NCBI RefSeq assembly: GCF_006345805.1
Contig: NC_043024.1
Span: 7,874,001 to 7,938,000, forward strand
Reading direction: 5' to 3'
From: Octopus sinensis
Taxonomy: Eukaryota
Length of the DNA: 64,000 bases
Shown here piece by piece: positions 37,479 to 50,292 of the stretch (its first letter is position 1; each line of letters starts with the position of its first letter). Under the pieces are notes generated by a model. It saw only the letters and a program-made list of their open reading frames with translations, was not told the origin of the DNA and ran no database searches. The translations under genes and the position numbers were made by a program.

Positions 37479-38089
37479 CTTAATTTTTTTTTAATGTCAG
37501 CTACTTATTCTACCGGTTCATTTTACTGAACCGCAAAGTTACGGGGACGTAAACAAACTAACACAGGTTGTCAGTAGGAGGGAACACACGATAATGGCTG
37601 TCTACTCGTGACTGACCATTGCCAATGTAAAATGTTAGCAAAATGGTAATTGCACTTCACTTGGGCTCACACACGTGGCTTCCTCAGTTGTCGCAGGACC
37701 CCAATTCAACCAGGCATCAGAAATTAGCTTCGCTGGCAATCAAACAGCTTAAAATTTTAGGTCCAATAAACCTTGCACAACACCTCACAGACTCTCTCCA
37801 CCCCACTGACATAATCCAGAGACAAGCCAGTACAAAATATTCAGTGCTAATATGGGTCACAGGCTTACGAATGTGGGAGCACCATAATCTCAAGCACAAG
37901 AAAATGATCCCAAAAATGTCCAATGCTATTTCCGATCTAGTGTCGGATTTTTCATAGACATGGCATAAAAAAATAACCAATGATTCAAAGGAGTGAGTGT
38001 CGTGGAGTTTAGTTACATCCCGCAAACACTAAAGTTTTTGCCCAAAATCCAGGGTTTTTATAACTGCTCAATTTGACTTTAAAGAATTG

Positions 38090-38490
38090 GAATCTTTTCA
38101 GTTTGAACGGCAGTTTTTTCTAGCGGTGTCATATGAAATTGTCACCCATAATTATGACCCTAGTATCGATCTATTGCATTTCAAAGTGTTGGGGTGGGGG
38201 GAAGGGTATCTTTTTTTCATCAAAAATGTAAATAAACCCAATCTGTTTCTTAAACGAGGGACATATTTATACGGCACAAAATGCTTTTTACCTCAATGGA
38301 CGTCAGTGATTGGATTGAAATTGCAGAAATTGAAGAAAAAACAACAAATATCTTACAAACTATAGAATTTTCTCAATAAAGCCAAGAGAAAAAGATGTTT
38401 TATAAGCACATTCTACCAGTATACGAAGTCTAAAATTTTTTAGTTTCTTAGAAATTATGTTAAAAACTGCCGGTCAAACCAAAAAGATCC
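38090..38490 (-). mobile_element. ~410-bp GGATCT-ended MITE, inverted copy
   Basis: 8-bp TSD AAGAATTG on both sides. Confidence 0.85.
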
Positions 38491-39123
38491 AAGAATTGAA
38501 ATCACATAAAAATATTCTTTAACTAATTTTTAGAATTCCTATATGAGCAGTTATATCAATCAATGGGAAAACGACAATCATATTTCTTCGGCAATATGAC
38601 ATTGTGTCATATTGCCAGCTACCACAAATTGGCGCTACTATTTGAAAATGGCTACGCACTACACTAGTAACCTTCTCCAAGAGACCTGCTTTTAACAAAA
38701 ACTGGAGAGTGTCTCACTCCCAGTTGTCTTTCAGCACACTGGACACTAATCTAGAATTTCTGAGGGCCCATGCTTGATAGTCATTGAGTTTACACTAGGT
38801 TCTTCCATCCTAGTGGCTTTCTAGTAACCTTCCTCACTAGGCTAGCCTAGTGGGGGTACCAGTTTAGTGACCAATGACCCCACCATGTAACAGGTTCCAG
38901 ATTCTATGTCACCAGTAGTACTCATGAGCTGACAAAAACGTTAGTACACCAGACAAAATGCTTAGTGGAAATTCGTCTGACGTTATGTACTGAGTTCAAA
39001 TTCCGCCAAGGTCGACTTTGCCTTTCATCCTTTCAGGGTCAATTAAATAAGTACCAGTTACATACTGGAGTCGATGTAATCAACTTAATCCCTTTGTCCT
39101 TGTTTAGCCCCTGTAGACATTAA

Positions 39124-39156
<33 letters not shown>

Positions 39157-39160
<4 letters not shown>

Positions 39161-40015
39161 GTTGTCCGGAAAGTTCATGCTGACTTTTAAAGGAAAGAAA
39201 AAGGTCAATAAAAACTTGCTATTACATTTTTATTCAACCAAATATGAACCATTTTGTTGCACAATGCTTCTCCATCTTTCCTTTAACTTGAAAATACCTT
39301 CTTCCACAGAATTGAGGTGGTTTCATGGCAAAGAATTCATCAAGGTATCTTTTTACATCATCCTAGGAATTGAAATTTTTAACATTAAGACTATTCTGCA
39401 GAGACCTGAATAAGTGGAAATCCAAAGGAGCAATATCTGGTGAATATGGAGCATCCCAGCCAAGCTACAGCAATTTTTGTCTGCTTCCCAAAGGAATGTG
39501 CAGCCTTGCATTATCATGTTGGAAAACAACACCCTTCCTGTTGGCCAATTCTGGACGTTTCTCTTGAATTGCTGCTTTTAACTCATCCAGCTGTGTGCAA
39601 TATTTCTCAGAATTAATTATCTGGTTACTTGGGAGAAGCTCATGGTACAGAATTTCTTTCCAATCCCACTAGACACAAAGCAAGACTTTTTTTGGGTGAA
39701 GACCCGCTTTTGGGGTGGCTAAGGGTGGTTCATGTCACTTACTCCAGGATCGCTTTCTCTGAATATTTCAGTAGATAATCCATTTCTCATCACCTGTCAC
39801 AATTTGTTTTAAAAGAGGTGTGTTTTCATCCTGTTTATAAAATGAATCACAGATGGAAATGCGATCCAAAATTTTCTTCTCACTCAACTCATGTGGTAAC
39901 CAAACACCATAGCAATTTGTTTACCCAAGCTTTACCAGGTGCTCATGAATGATGGATTTTGATAGGTTGAGGCTTTCTGCCAATTCTCGGGTTGTGCAAT
40001 GTGGGTTATTCTCAA
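39157..40015 (-). mobile_element. Mariner transposon relic (one TIR plus decayed transposase)
   Basis: TIR TTGGGTTGTCCGGAAAG; minus-strand motifs IVTGDE, GVVFQHDNA, PYSPDIAPLDFHLFRSL. Confidence 0.85.
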
Positions 40016-41149
40016 TTTAGGTTTTAGGAGGTTTTATGGGGTAACAGATGATGATTTAAAACTTCTTAATATTTTAGAGGGGGATTAATTAACCAAGGGG
40101 GTGTAATTCTCCTAAGGGTAGTTGCCATTGAGGGAATTGTCCTATGAGGGGTAACTGTCCTGACATGACCCCCTGCACCCACTGTTTCTGAGCCAATTTA
40201 TCTGAGGCTTCAACTATAAATCTGAACTATAAATCCAAACCCAATATTCTGTTTGTTTTATGTTCACACCGATCAGATCCAGCCACTCATGCTTACCCGA
40301 CAATGTCATCCTAAAGATAAACAAATCACATCGAAATCGCATATTCATAAGGTTGTAGTTTCGGTTTCTAGACTAGACGACATTTTGTGCCCTTGAGAAT
40401 GGCACTTCATTTGACATTGCTCCACTCTACTCAACAAAAACAAGTAGCGTATGAGTGTTAGTGTGACCCTTCCTCTCTCCATCTGTCACATCCTGGATGC
40501 GTCACTGGGTTATGGGAGAGAAGGTGCTCCAGAAAGTGCTTCTGTCTACTAAAGATAATTAGCAAAAATATGACACTTGTTCCTAAATCATAATCATAAT
40601 TGCTCAGTAACAGCTGGCTCTCTATTACAAATAACAGTGATGGTAATGATGATGATGGTGATACATATATATATATGGATCATCATCATCATCATCATGA
40701 TGGAGCAATGTGAAATGAAGTACCTTGCTCAAGTCTGGAAATTGAAACCACAACCTTATGAATATGTGATTTTGATGTGATCCTCTATCCTTAGGATGAC
40801 ATTGTAGGGTAGGCGTGAGATGCTGGATCCGATCAGTTTGAACACAGAACATCCTCCTTCCATGCTGGCATGGTTTGGATGGTTTGACAGGAGCTGGCCG
40901 GACAGAAGACTGCATAGGCGGCGAGCTGGCAGAAAGGTTAACACGCCGGGCAAAATGCTTAGCGGTATTTCATCTGCCGTTATGTTCTGAGTTCAAATTC
41001 TGCCGAGGTTGACTTTGCCTTTCATCCTTTTGGGGTCGATAAAATAAGTAGCAGTTACACATTGGGGTCGATGTAATCAAGTTAATCCCTTTGGCTGTCC
41101 TTGTTGGCTGTCCTCTATGTTTAGCCCCTTGTGGACAATAAAGAAATAA

Positions 41150-41965
41150 GAAGACTGCACCAGGCTTCTGTGTCTGTTTTGGTATCGTTTTTACAACTGG
41201 ATGCCCTTCCTAACACCACAGAGTGGGCTATGTGCTTTTTATGGGGCACCAGAACAGATGCTATAGTAGCAGAGGTCAGTTTTGGAATGGTTTTTACAGC
41301 TGAATGCCCTTCTTAACACCAGCCACCCCACTGAGTGAGCTATGTGCTTTTTATGCTGGCATGGGTTGGACAATTTGAATGAGGACTGGTGAGCCAGAAG
41401 GCTGCACCAGGCTCAGTCTGATCTGGCAAAGTTTCTACAGCTGGATGCCCTTCCTAACGTCAACCACTCTGAGAGTGTAGTGGGTGCTTTTATGTTCCAC
41501 TGGCACGAGGGCCAGTCAGGCGGTTCTGCCAACAAACATGCTCAAAAGGTGTTTTTTTACATGCTAACTGTACAGGAGCCAGTCCAGTGGTACTGGCAAT
41601 GACCAAGCTTGAATGTTGTTTTTCACATGCCACCAGCACATGTGCCAGTAAGGCGACGCTGGCAATGATCAATGCTTGAATGATGCGTTTTACGTGCCAC
41701 CAGCACGAGAGCCAATCCATGGCCCTGGCAGCAATCATGCTTAGATGTGCTTTTAATGTTCCACTGGCATGAGTGCCAATCAGGCAGTACTGTCATCGGC
41801 CACGTCAACGATTTTGATTTTGATTTCACTTACCTCAATAGGTCTTCACAAGCAAAGTTTATTGTCCAATGAATGAGGGGTTTTCATAAGTGGGCTGGTT
41901 ACAGCCACTGGCATAGATCATGGGCTGTGGTCTCACTTGGCTTGTCAGGTCTTCTTGAGCACAGC
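41150..41965 (-). mobile_element. RTE LINE 3' UTR fragments
   Basis: CTACAGCTGGATGCCCTTCCTAAC motif and repeats shared with the RTE 3' UTR. Confidence 0.8.
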
Positions 41966-42393
41966 ATATATATATATATATATATAGATGAGTGTATTTT
42001 TACCTTGTTAACAATTAACACGGAAAAAATAAATATCAGTGGAATTTTCGAAACATGTGTCGAAAGTAAAAATATTTGATTTACACCTGCATTAAACTCC
42101 ATTTATTTATTCATATATAAATATATATATATATATATATCCAAATAATAAAAATAAGCAACAAGTATATCCAAGGTAGAGTAGTACAATTGTTTCATGC
42201 TACTTCATTTTATTAAACACTGTAAGAATTACATCAGTTTTAAAATGTCGACCAATCTTCAGCCACTTATAGAATTTTCCAATCAAACGAGCAATGCACA
42301 TTCTTATCCATATTTCATTCGCCAACATTATAAAGAGGGTAGATATATAGACAGAGAGGTTGATTTCATTCCTAAGAACATGATAGTAGCATA

Positions 42394-44629
42394 TGCAGAG
42401 ATGCTCAAAATATCTGGCAGTGTCGGCTATAACCTAGTCACCCGTATAGTCAACCAGGTGATACACGAAGGAGTCATACCCAATGACTGGTGCAGCAGCA
42501 TACTAGTCAACTGCTACAAAGGTAAAGGTGATGCCCTAGATACAAATAATTACAGAGGTATCAAGCTGTTGGATCAAGTAATGAAGGTTACGGAGAGGGT
42601 CATAGCCCAACTAATTAGAGAGAGAGTTAGTTTAGATGAGATGCAGTTTGGGTTCGTGCCAGGGAAAAGTACCACTGATGCTATATTCCTGGTAAGGCAG
42701 CTGCAGGAGAAATACCTAGCCAAAGATAAGCCCCTGTACCTGGCTTTCGTTGACATGGAGAAAGCTTTTGATAGGGTCCCCCGATCCCTTATCTGGTGGT
42801 CAATGAGGAAACTAGGGATAGATGAATGGCTGGTGAGGACTGTGCAAGCCATGTACAGAGATGCCGTAAGTAAGGTTAGGGTTGGCAACATGTACACAGA
42901 AGAATTCAAAGTAGAGGTTGGGGTCCACCAGGGTTCAGTACTCAGCCCCCTCCTATTTATCATAGTACTCCAGGCAATTACGGAGGAATTCAAGACAGGC
43001 TGTCCTGGGAGCTCCTCTACGCTGACGACCTTGCTCTTATTGCTGAGTCACTATCAGAACTGGAGGAGAAGTTCCAGGTGTGGAAGGAGGGTTTAGAATC
43101 AAGGGCCTTAGAGTCAACCTAGCTAAAACCAAAGTACTAATAAGTAGAAAGGTAGACAATCCACAAATATCTTCAGGAAGATGGCCCTGCTCGATCTGTA
43201 GAAAAGGTGTAGGTAGAAACTCTATAAGATGTACCCAGTGTAAGCTATGGACACATAAGAGGTGCAGCAATGTCAAAGGTAGGCTAACTGGGAAGATAGT
43301 TTTTGTATGTGGCAGATGCTCGGGAGCATTAACCTCCGAAATCTGCAGAAAACAACTTCCGTCACTTTCCAGGGGGAAAAACTAGAAGTAGTTGATAGCT
43401 TCCGTTATCTAGGTGACCAAGTCAGTAGTGGGGGTGGGTGCGCTGAAAGTGTAACTGCTAGAATAAGAATAGCCTGGGCAAAGTTTAGGGAGCTCTTACC
43501 TCTGCTGGTGACTAAAGGCCTCTCGCTCAGAGTAAAAGGCAGACTGTATGATGCGTGTGTACGAACAGCCATGCTACATGGCAGCGAAACATGGGCCGTG
43601 ACTGCTGAGGACATGCGTAAGCTCGTGAGGAATGAAGCCAGTATGCTCCGATGGATGTGTAATGTCAGTGTACATACTCGACAGAGCGTTAGCACCTTGA
43701 GAGAAATGTTGTACCTAAGTAGCATCAGTTGTGGTGTGCAAGAGAGACGATTGCGCTGGTATGGTCATGTGGCGAGAATGGATGAAGATAGGTGTGTGAG
43801 AAAGTGCCAATCCCTAGCAGTTGAGGGAACCCGTGGAGAGGTAGACCCAGGAAAACCTGGGACGAGGTGGTGAAGCACGACCTTCGAACTCTAGGCCTCA
43901 CTGAGGAAATGACCAGAGACCGAGACCTTTGGAAATATTCTGTACGTGAGAAGACCAGGCAGGACAAGTGAGCCCAGCCCACTTATGAATGCCTTTCCTC
44001 CCTTGGACACAAAGACCGGCTGAAGCAAGCGAAGTCGATATAGACCTCATCCGACGACAGACACCCATGCCAACCCCCCATGCTTGCGAAGACATGTTGG
44101 GGCAAGCGAAATCGAATCGAAACCGAATTGAACCAGCCAGGATCCCATGCCTGGTGGTACGAAAAAGCACTATCCAACTCGTGGCCGTGGCACGTAAAAT
44201 ACTCCAATGCGACCGTACGACAGGCACCCATGCCAACCTCCTTTGCTTGTGAAGACATGTTGGGGCAAGCGAAATCGAAATCGAATTGAACCAGCCAGGA
44301 TCCCTGGTCTGGTGGTACGTAAAAAGCACTATCCAACTCGTGGCCGATGCCAGCACCGCCTCGACTGGCTTCCGTGCCGGTGGCACATAAAATACACCAA
44401 TCTGACCGTGGCCGTTGCCAGCCCCGCCTGGCACCTGTGCAGGTGGCACGTAAAAAGCACCCACTACACTCACGGAGTGGTTGGCGTTAGGAAGGGCATC
44501 CAGCTGTAGAAACATTGCCAAATTAGACTGGAGCCTGGTGCAGCCTTCTGGCTGCCCAGAACCCCGGTCGAACCGTCCAACCCATGCTAGCATGGAGAAC
44601 GGACGTTAAACGACGACGATGATGATGAT
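42394..44629 (+). mobile_element. 5'-truncated RTE-clade LINE (RT, Cys/His finger, C-terminus, 3' UTR, (GAT)n tail)
   Basis: NYRGIKLL, QFGF, FVDMEKAFD, GVHQGSVLSPLLF, YADD after a frameshift, CSIC...CTQC...[13 protein letters not shown]; stop at 43969-43971; internal 3' UTR duplication. Confidence 0.95.
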
Positions 44630-44721
44630 ATAGTCACAGGATTGGCTGTGTGATAAGAAGCTTGTCCCTCTATGTCTTTAATCTTTTGTCAACTGGCACA
44701 AAACCAGCCCACCTCAATACT

Positions 44722-45452
44722 TACTTTCTTGTACTTGTGGCGACATTCACCCTGGGCGGGTTGAGTCGGCTTCTTCTACCATCCTCGAGGCATCTCGAAC
44801 CATAGCAGCCCACGCACGACAGTCCTGTGCCAGTTCACTGGAGATGGCAAGCCAGTCACGGTTCCATCAGCGCAGGCCGACCACCTGTGGAGCATGAAGA
44901 GGTCCTCCTTGATCATTGCAGCCCAGGTCTTCGGCTGCCCTCTAGCACATTTCTGCCAGTTGGGAAGTGGAGTTGGGAGAAGGACATCACGGCTCGGTTC
45001 ACCCACCGGACACCTACATGCATGGCCAAACCACCGCAAGCGCCGTTGCAGAAGGACAGTACTTGAAGTAGCAGTAGTAGCAGTAGTAGTAGTCGAGTGA
45101 GAATTCACCATTGTAATTAGTAGCGTACCCAAAGTTCATCCCCTCCTCACCGTGGCGGGGATGCTGGCAACGGGTAGTGTCAGAGCTATGCCGTCGGGAA
45201 CTTCAGTTCCTGGTAGGGCCACCCAAGGCGGATTGGTCTGACACCGAGTGGTATTAGGGCCACAACCCAGCAAGTGAAAATCCTCGGAGTGTCTGTTTCG
45301 GCAACTGGTGGCTCCTCGGTCATTCTGTCCCTGCATCTGCGGACAATCTGCGGCAAATAGGATGTCTCTACATGCAGGATTGTTGGAGACCGCTTGTGAA
45401 TTTCATATTCCCACGAAACTTCTTCTATGAATTCTCAATGGCACTACTAAAT
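44722..45452 (-). mobile_element. Short RTE-derived non-autonomous retroelement with TSD
   Basis: 11-bp direct repeat ACCTCAATACT at 44711 and 45453; LQRRLRWFGHA...GQPKTW C-terminus; (AAGT)-like tail. Confidence 0.65.
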
Positions 45453-45734
45453 ACCTCAATACTACTCTCCACTCACAGCTGAAGGGTTTTTGTCTTGAAA
45501 GTTACTTGGTGACCTCATCAGTACTAGTGCCACATAGAAAGCACTGAATACATTCTGAATATTCTGTAAATGGTTGGCATTAGGAAGGCCATCTATCCAT
45601 AGAAACCATGCCAAAACAGATAAAGGAACAGAGTGCAGCTCTTGGCCTTACCAGATCCTGTCCATCAGTTCAACTTGAGCCAGCTTGGAAAACAGACGTT
45701 AAATGATGATGATGATGAAATATATATATATATA

Positions 45735-46095
45735 CTAGCACTATGACCTGGCAACGCGGGTCATAATGCTAGTGCATACATATACAGCTGCGTGTGTGTG
45801 CACATACACGCGAGTACTGTCCAAATCTCCGACCAATCACATACAGCTAGCTGGCATTCAATTGGCGTATCAAGTTTTGGGCATTTTGATTGGGTTTTAG
45901 ATAGAAAATTCACAAAAAAGTCACTTCTATTGATTTTTTAATGGCTCAGCGGGGTGACTGGGGAAATGTAAAGATGTGCACAACCACCCTTGGACGGTTT
46001 TGAATGACCATAGAAAGTGTGAGCCCTCTAACTGAAAAATTGTGGATTTGTATAAAGGACACACACTGACATTTTGCCTTTTATATATAGAGAGA
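45735..46095 (-). mobile_element. Non-autonomous Helitron family 2
   Basis: 5' TC, 3' CTAG within a long palindrome; homologous to 61461-61824. Confidence 0.8.
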
Positions 46096-46930
46096 TATGT
46101 ATACACATACGTAGGCATATATACATACATACTTATATAAAGTATATTACAATTGCAAATTAGGCAATGAGAAATAGGTGATTCTGCTAAAAATGATAAA
46201 ATGATACCTTCAACACACACTCTCCTCCAAAATTCCTTCTTCTCCCATCATCTTCCCTCATCCCACCTTCCATAATCTCCCCTCATCTCACCTTCTATAT
46301 ACATATTTTGGTGAGAAATTAGACCAGAGATGGCTGGCTGCCCTAGCTGAATGCTCATACATTATATTTATTTATTTATTTATTTTGTTTCACCTGTAAA
46401 ATTGGTTGCTACACCTGACATATTTAATTTAATACCAATACCACAGAGACCAACAGCAGTACTAAATGGTTACTACCTACAACAAACGAGGAGTAATTAG
46501 TTTATTGATTACTCTCTCTCAGTGTTTTTCTGATACTCTACACCATGTAGAGAGATACTGTACACTATCTATATACTATAAGGCTATTGCTGACAGAAAT
46601 GTCACCTTCTGCACCTTGAAATATAAATTTTTTTTCATTATTTTCCTCAAACTACAATCACAGCAAATCTTTATATATAAGATAGAATGTTTTTTCTTGA
46701 TTTTTTACATGTTTTAGTTTCTAGGAACGGAACTTATGTATGGTGTGGTGTGGTGAGGTGTGGTTAAGGTTTGGGGGTTTAGGTGTTTGCTATTCAAAAT
46801 TTACTGGTATTGATTTTTTCTTTTTTGTTCATGTCTGGCTTTCAATATATTGGTTTATGGAGACGACCACAATGGCTTCTATGGCTTTTCCTGAGATATT
46901 TATTTTTTTGGTCTTATTTATTATTATTAC

Positions 46931-46969
<39 letters not shown>

Positions 46970-47472
46970 CATCATTATTTTTGTTACTGTAATTTTCATA
47001 TTTTCATTGAGATAATGAGTGACAAATTCCAGAGTATCTCATTTGCATAAAGCACAGATAGGTATTCATATCTTTCAACTCATTCCAGGAAAAAAGCAAA
47101 AAAGCAAAAAGCAAATTTATGAGTGATTTGTCAGATGCAGACATGACCGTGTGGTTTAAGAACTCGCTTTAGAACTATGTGGCTTCGAGTTCAGTCCCAC
47201 ACCGTGGTACCCTGTTACCTAGGGCAAGTTTTTCCCCAATTTTTAGCCCTGGGCTGACCAATATCTTGTAAATGAATTTGGTAGATGGAAACTGTGTGGA
47301 GGCCTGCCATGTGTGAATGTGTGTGTGTGTGTGTGTGTACCTTTGTGTTTTTTTGTCTCCCTGCCACTCCATGACAGCCGGTGTTAGTTTGTTTGCATTC
47401 CCATAACTTAGTGGTTCAACATAATAGACCAATAAAATAAATGCCAGACTCCAAAAAAAAAAAAAGACAAAA

Positions 47473-47643
47473 GGCGCAGGAGTGGTTGTGTGGTAAGTAG
47501 CTTGCTTACCAACCACATGGTTCCGGGTTCAGTCCCACTGCATGGCATTTTGGGCAAGTGTCTTCTACTTTAGCCTCGGGCTGAGCAAAGCCTTGTGAGT
47601 GGATTTGGTAGACGGAAACTGAAAGAAGCCTGTCGTATATATG

Positions 47644-47674
<31 letters not shown>

Positions 47675-47890
47675 AATGTTTGTGTGTCTGTGTTTGTCCC
47701 CCTAGCATTGCTTGACAACCGATGCTGGTGTGTTTACGTCCCCGTCACTTAGCCGTTCGGCAAAAGAGACCGATAGAATAAGTACTGGGCTTACAAAGAA
47801 TGAGTCCCGGGGTCGATTTGCTCGACTAAAGGCGGTGCTTCAGCATGGCCACAGTCAAATGACTGAAACAAGTAAAAGAGAGTAAAAGAG
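47473..47890 (+). mobile_element. Major tRNA-derived SINE (family A), full length
   Basis: Head GGCGCAGGAGTGG.TGTGTGGTAAG...GGTTCAGTCCC, central (TA/TG)n, tail GTAAAAGAG. Further whole or partial copies near 24375-24790, 25395-25603, 36855-37575, 47140-47450, 48531-49165, 56365-57925, 59706-60186, 63260-63680. Confidence 0.9.
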
Positions 47891-48053
47891 AAAGAGAGAG
47901 GCTGGGGTGCTGGGTTGGGATTTGTTTGACTAAACCAGGGGCTCTCAACCATTTTTTACCTGTATACCCCTTTGATTCCTATTTTACTCAAGGTAGAGGT
48001 ACCCTCATAGCGATTTGATGTCTAAAAACTCCTGTTGTATTTTTATGATTAAA

Positions 48054-48450
48054 CTAGCAGTATCACCCGGCGTTGCTCGAGTTTGTAAGGGAAATAACTA
48101 TATAAGCATTTTTAGAGAGTTATAGCCAAAAGATAGCAAAAAAATGCATTAAAAATGGAAAAAAAATTATGGTAAATTTTTTTTTCAATTGTTGACTCAT
48201 CGTAGACATTTTTAGAGAGTTACTTCCCTTATATAATAGCGAAAAAATGCATTAAAATGGAAAAAATAATGGTAAATTTTTTTTTAAATCGTAGGCTCAT
48301 CGTAGACGTGCGCTAATACCCAGAAGGGCTCGATATGAATCACGACTATAAGATACCCGGTTTTGGTTAAACTGCACCGCAAAATGTGGGAGTAGTTAGG
48401 AATCTAAATCGTAGGAGACACACACACAACTTCTCTTTTATATATAAAGA
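48054..48450 (-). mobile_element. Non-autonomous Helitron family 1
   Basis: Same termini and interior as 18642-18973. Confidence 0.85.
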
Positions 48451-48701
48451 TATTAACAATGATATACAAAAATGTCTAAATATTTTGTGTATTGTAGAAA
48501 GAAATATAACCATATATAACCAGAAATATAGGCGCAGGAGTGGCTGTGTGGTAAGTAGCTTGCTTACCAACCATATGGTTCCAGGTTCAGTCCCACTGAT
48601 TGGCACCTTGGGCAAGTGTCTTCTACTATAGCCTCGGGCCGACCAAAGCCTTGTGAGTGGATTTGGTAGACGGAAACTGAAAGAAGCTCGTCGTATATAT
48701 G

Positions 48702-48793
<92 letters not shown>

Positions 48794-48898
48794 TTTAATT
48801 AAATAAATTACTTTACTCTGCTATGTATTGAGTACCTTATTTACTGTGGTTAACCCCGACTCAACCCGAGACCTACATATATATATAGAGAGATAGAG

Positions 48899-49028
<130 letters not shown>

Positions 49029-49482
49029 ATGTGCTTGTATGTCTGTGTTTGTCCCCTCAACATCGCTAGACAACCGATGTTGGTGTGTTTAGGAGTGGCT
49101 GTGTGGTAAGTAGCATGCTTACCAACCCTATGCTTCCGGGTTCAGTCCCACTGCATGGCAAGTGTCCACTGAATACTTAGTAAACCATTGATATCTTGCT
49201 TACATCGGCTTGACATCGTTATTATAACGTTGATTATCTCCCTTGTGTTTTTATTCAAGTCGTCTGCCTTTCCAGCTTCTTTTGTTTAAATGTCATCTGC
49301 TCAAAAGACAACTGATTAGCAGTTTCGTTTTCAGCTTGAAAAATGGTGAAATAAATTATTATTTTGACCAGAAAACTCTGGGTGGCTGTATTTAATAAGA
49401 TTTGGGTTTTTTTATTATAATATTATCTTTACTCTTATTTGCTCAAGTGCATTTCTGCTTGTGGAGACCTTACCACATAATA

Positions 49483-49524
<42 letters not shown>

Positions 49525-49668
49525 GATAGTGTATATATATATAGATAGTGTACAGTATTTTCTGTTGGACTGCTCGCTTAGCCTGCGGGGTGGCGTCGTT
49601 TGAAGCGCATTGTGACCAGCGATGTATAGCAACATCTGATAGTCTGGTCGGTCACGGTGATCACGGTG

Positions 49669-49705
<37 letters not shown>

Positions 49706-49706
49706 A

Positions 49707-49861
49707 TCTGTAAAATAATATGTTACATTACTCGATAGTCAAGATAAAACTCTGAGTTTCGGATGCCGAAGTGGGAATCCACAACATCTCTTCCCACCTC
49801 GGCATCCGAAACTCAGAGTTTTATCTTTACTATCGAGTAATGTAACATATTATTTTATAGA
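49707..49861. repeat. Inverted repeat, ~71-bp arms, 13-nt loop
   Basis: Arms 49707-49777 and 49791-49861 are near-perfect reverse complements. Confidence 0.9.
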
Positions 49862-49924
49862 TAAATTTCCTCTATTTACATAATATTGAGGTCTCTTTCT
49901 TTCTTTTGTTATCTTACAGTTTTA

Positions 49925-49953
<29 letters not shown>

Positions 49954-49958
<5 letters not shown>

Positions 49959-50263
49959 CGTGATCACTGTGACCGACCAGACTATCAGATGTTGCTACAC
50001 ATCGCTGGTCACAATTCGCTTCGCATTGTTTTAGCCTTCAAACGACGCCACCCCGCTGGCTAAGCGAGCAGGCCAACAGAAGAAAGAGTGAGAGAAAGTT
50101 GTGGCGAAAGAGTACAGCAGGGACCGCCACCACCCCCTGTCGGAGCCTCGTGGAGCTTTAGGTGTTTTTGCTCAATAAACACTCACAACGCCCGGTCTGG
50201 GAATTGAAACCGCGATCCTACGACCGTGAGTCCGCTGCCCTAACTGGGCCATTGCGCCTCCAC
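49954..50263 (-). mobile_element. tRNA-derived SINE family C (tail type 1)
   Basis: Head GTGGAGGCGCAATGGCCCAGT...AGGGCAGCGGACTC; tail GTCACGGTGAT-like repeats. Confidence 0.8.
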
Positions 50264-50292
50264 ACACGCACACATATATATATATATATATA

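Noticed and set aside
42225-42265. Hammerhead-like CTGAAGA on the minus strand
   Set aside because: No convincing stem II or GAAA; too degenerate to call
42197-42393. N-terminus of the 299-aa RT ORF
   Set aside because: Flanking sequence fortuitously in frame with a 5'-truncated LINE; no endonuclease domain
43898-44593. 231-aa antisense ORF and similar MLAWVGRFD ORFs
   Set aside because: Antisense of the RTE 3' UTR, repeated in each copy
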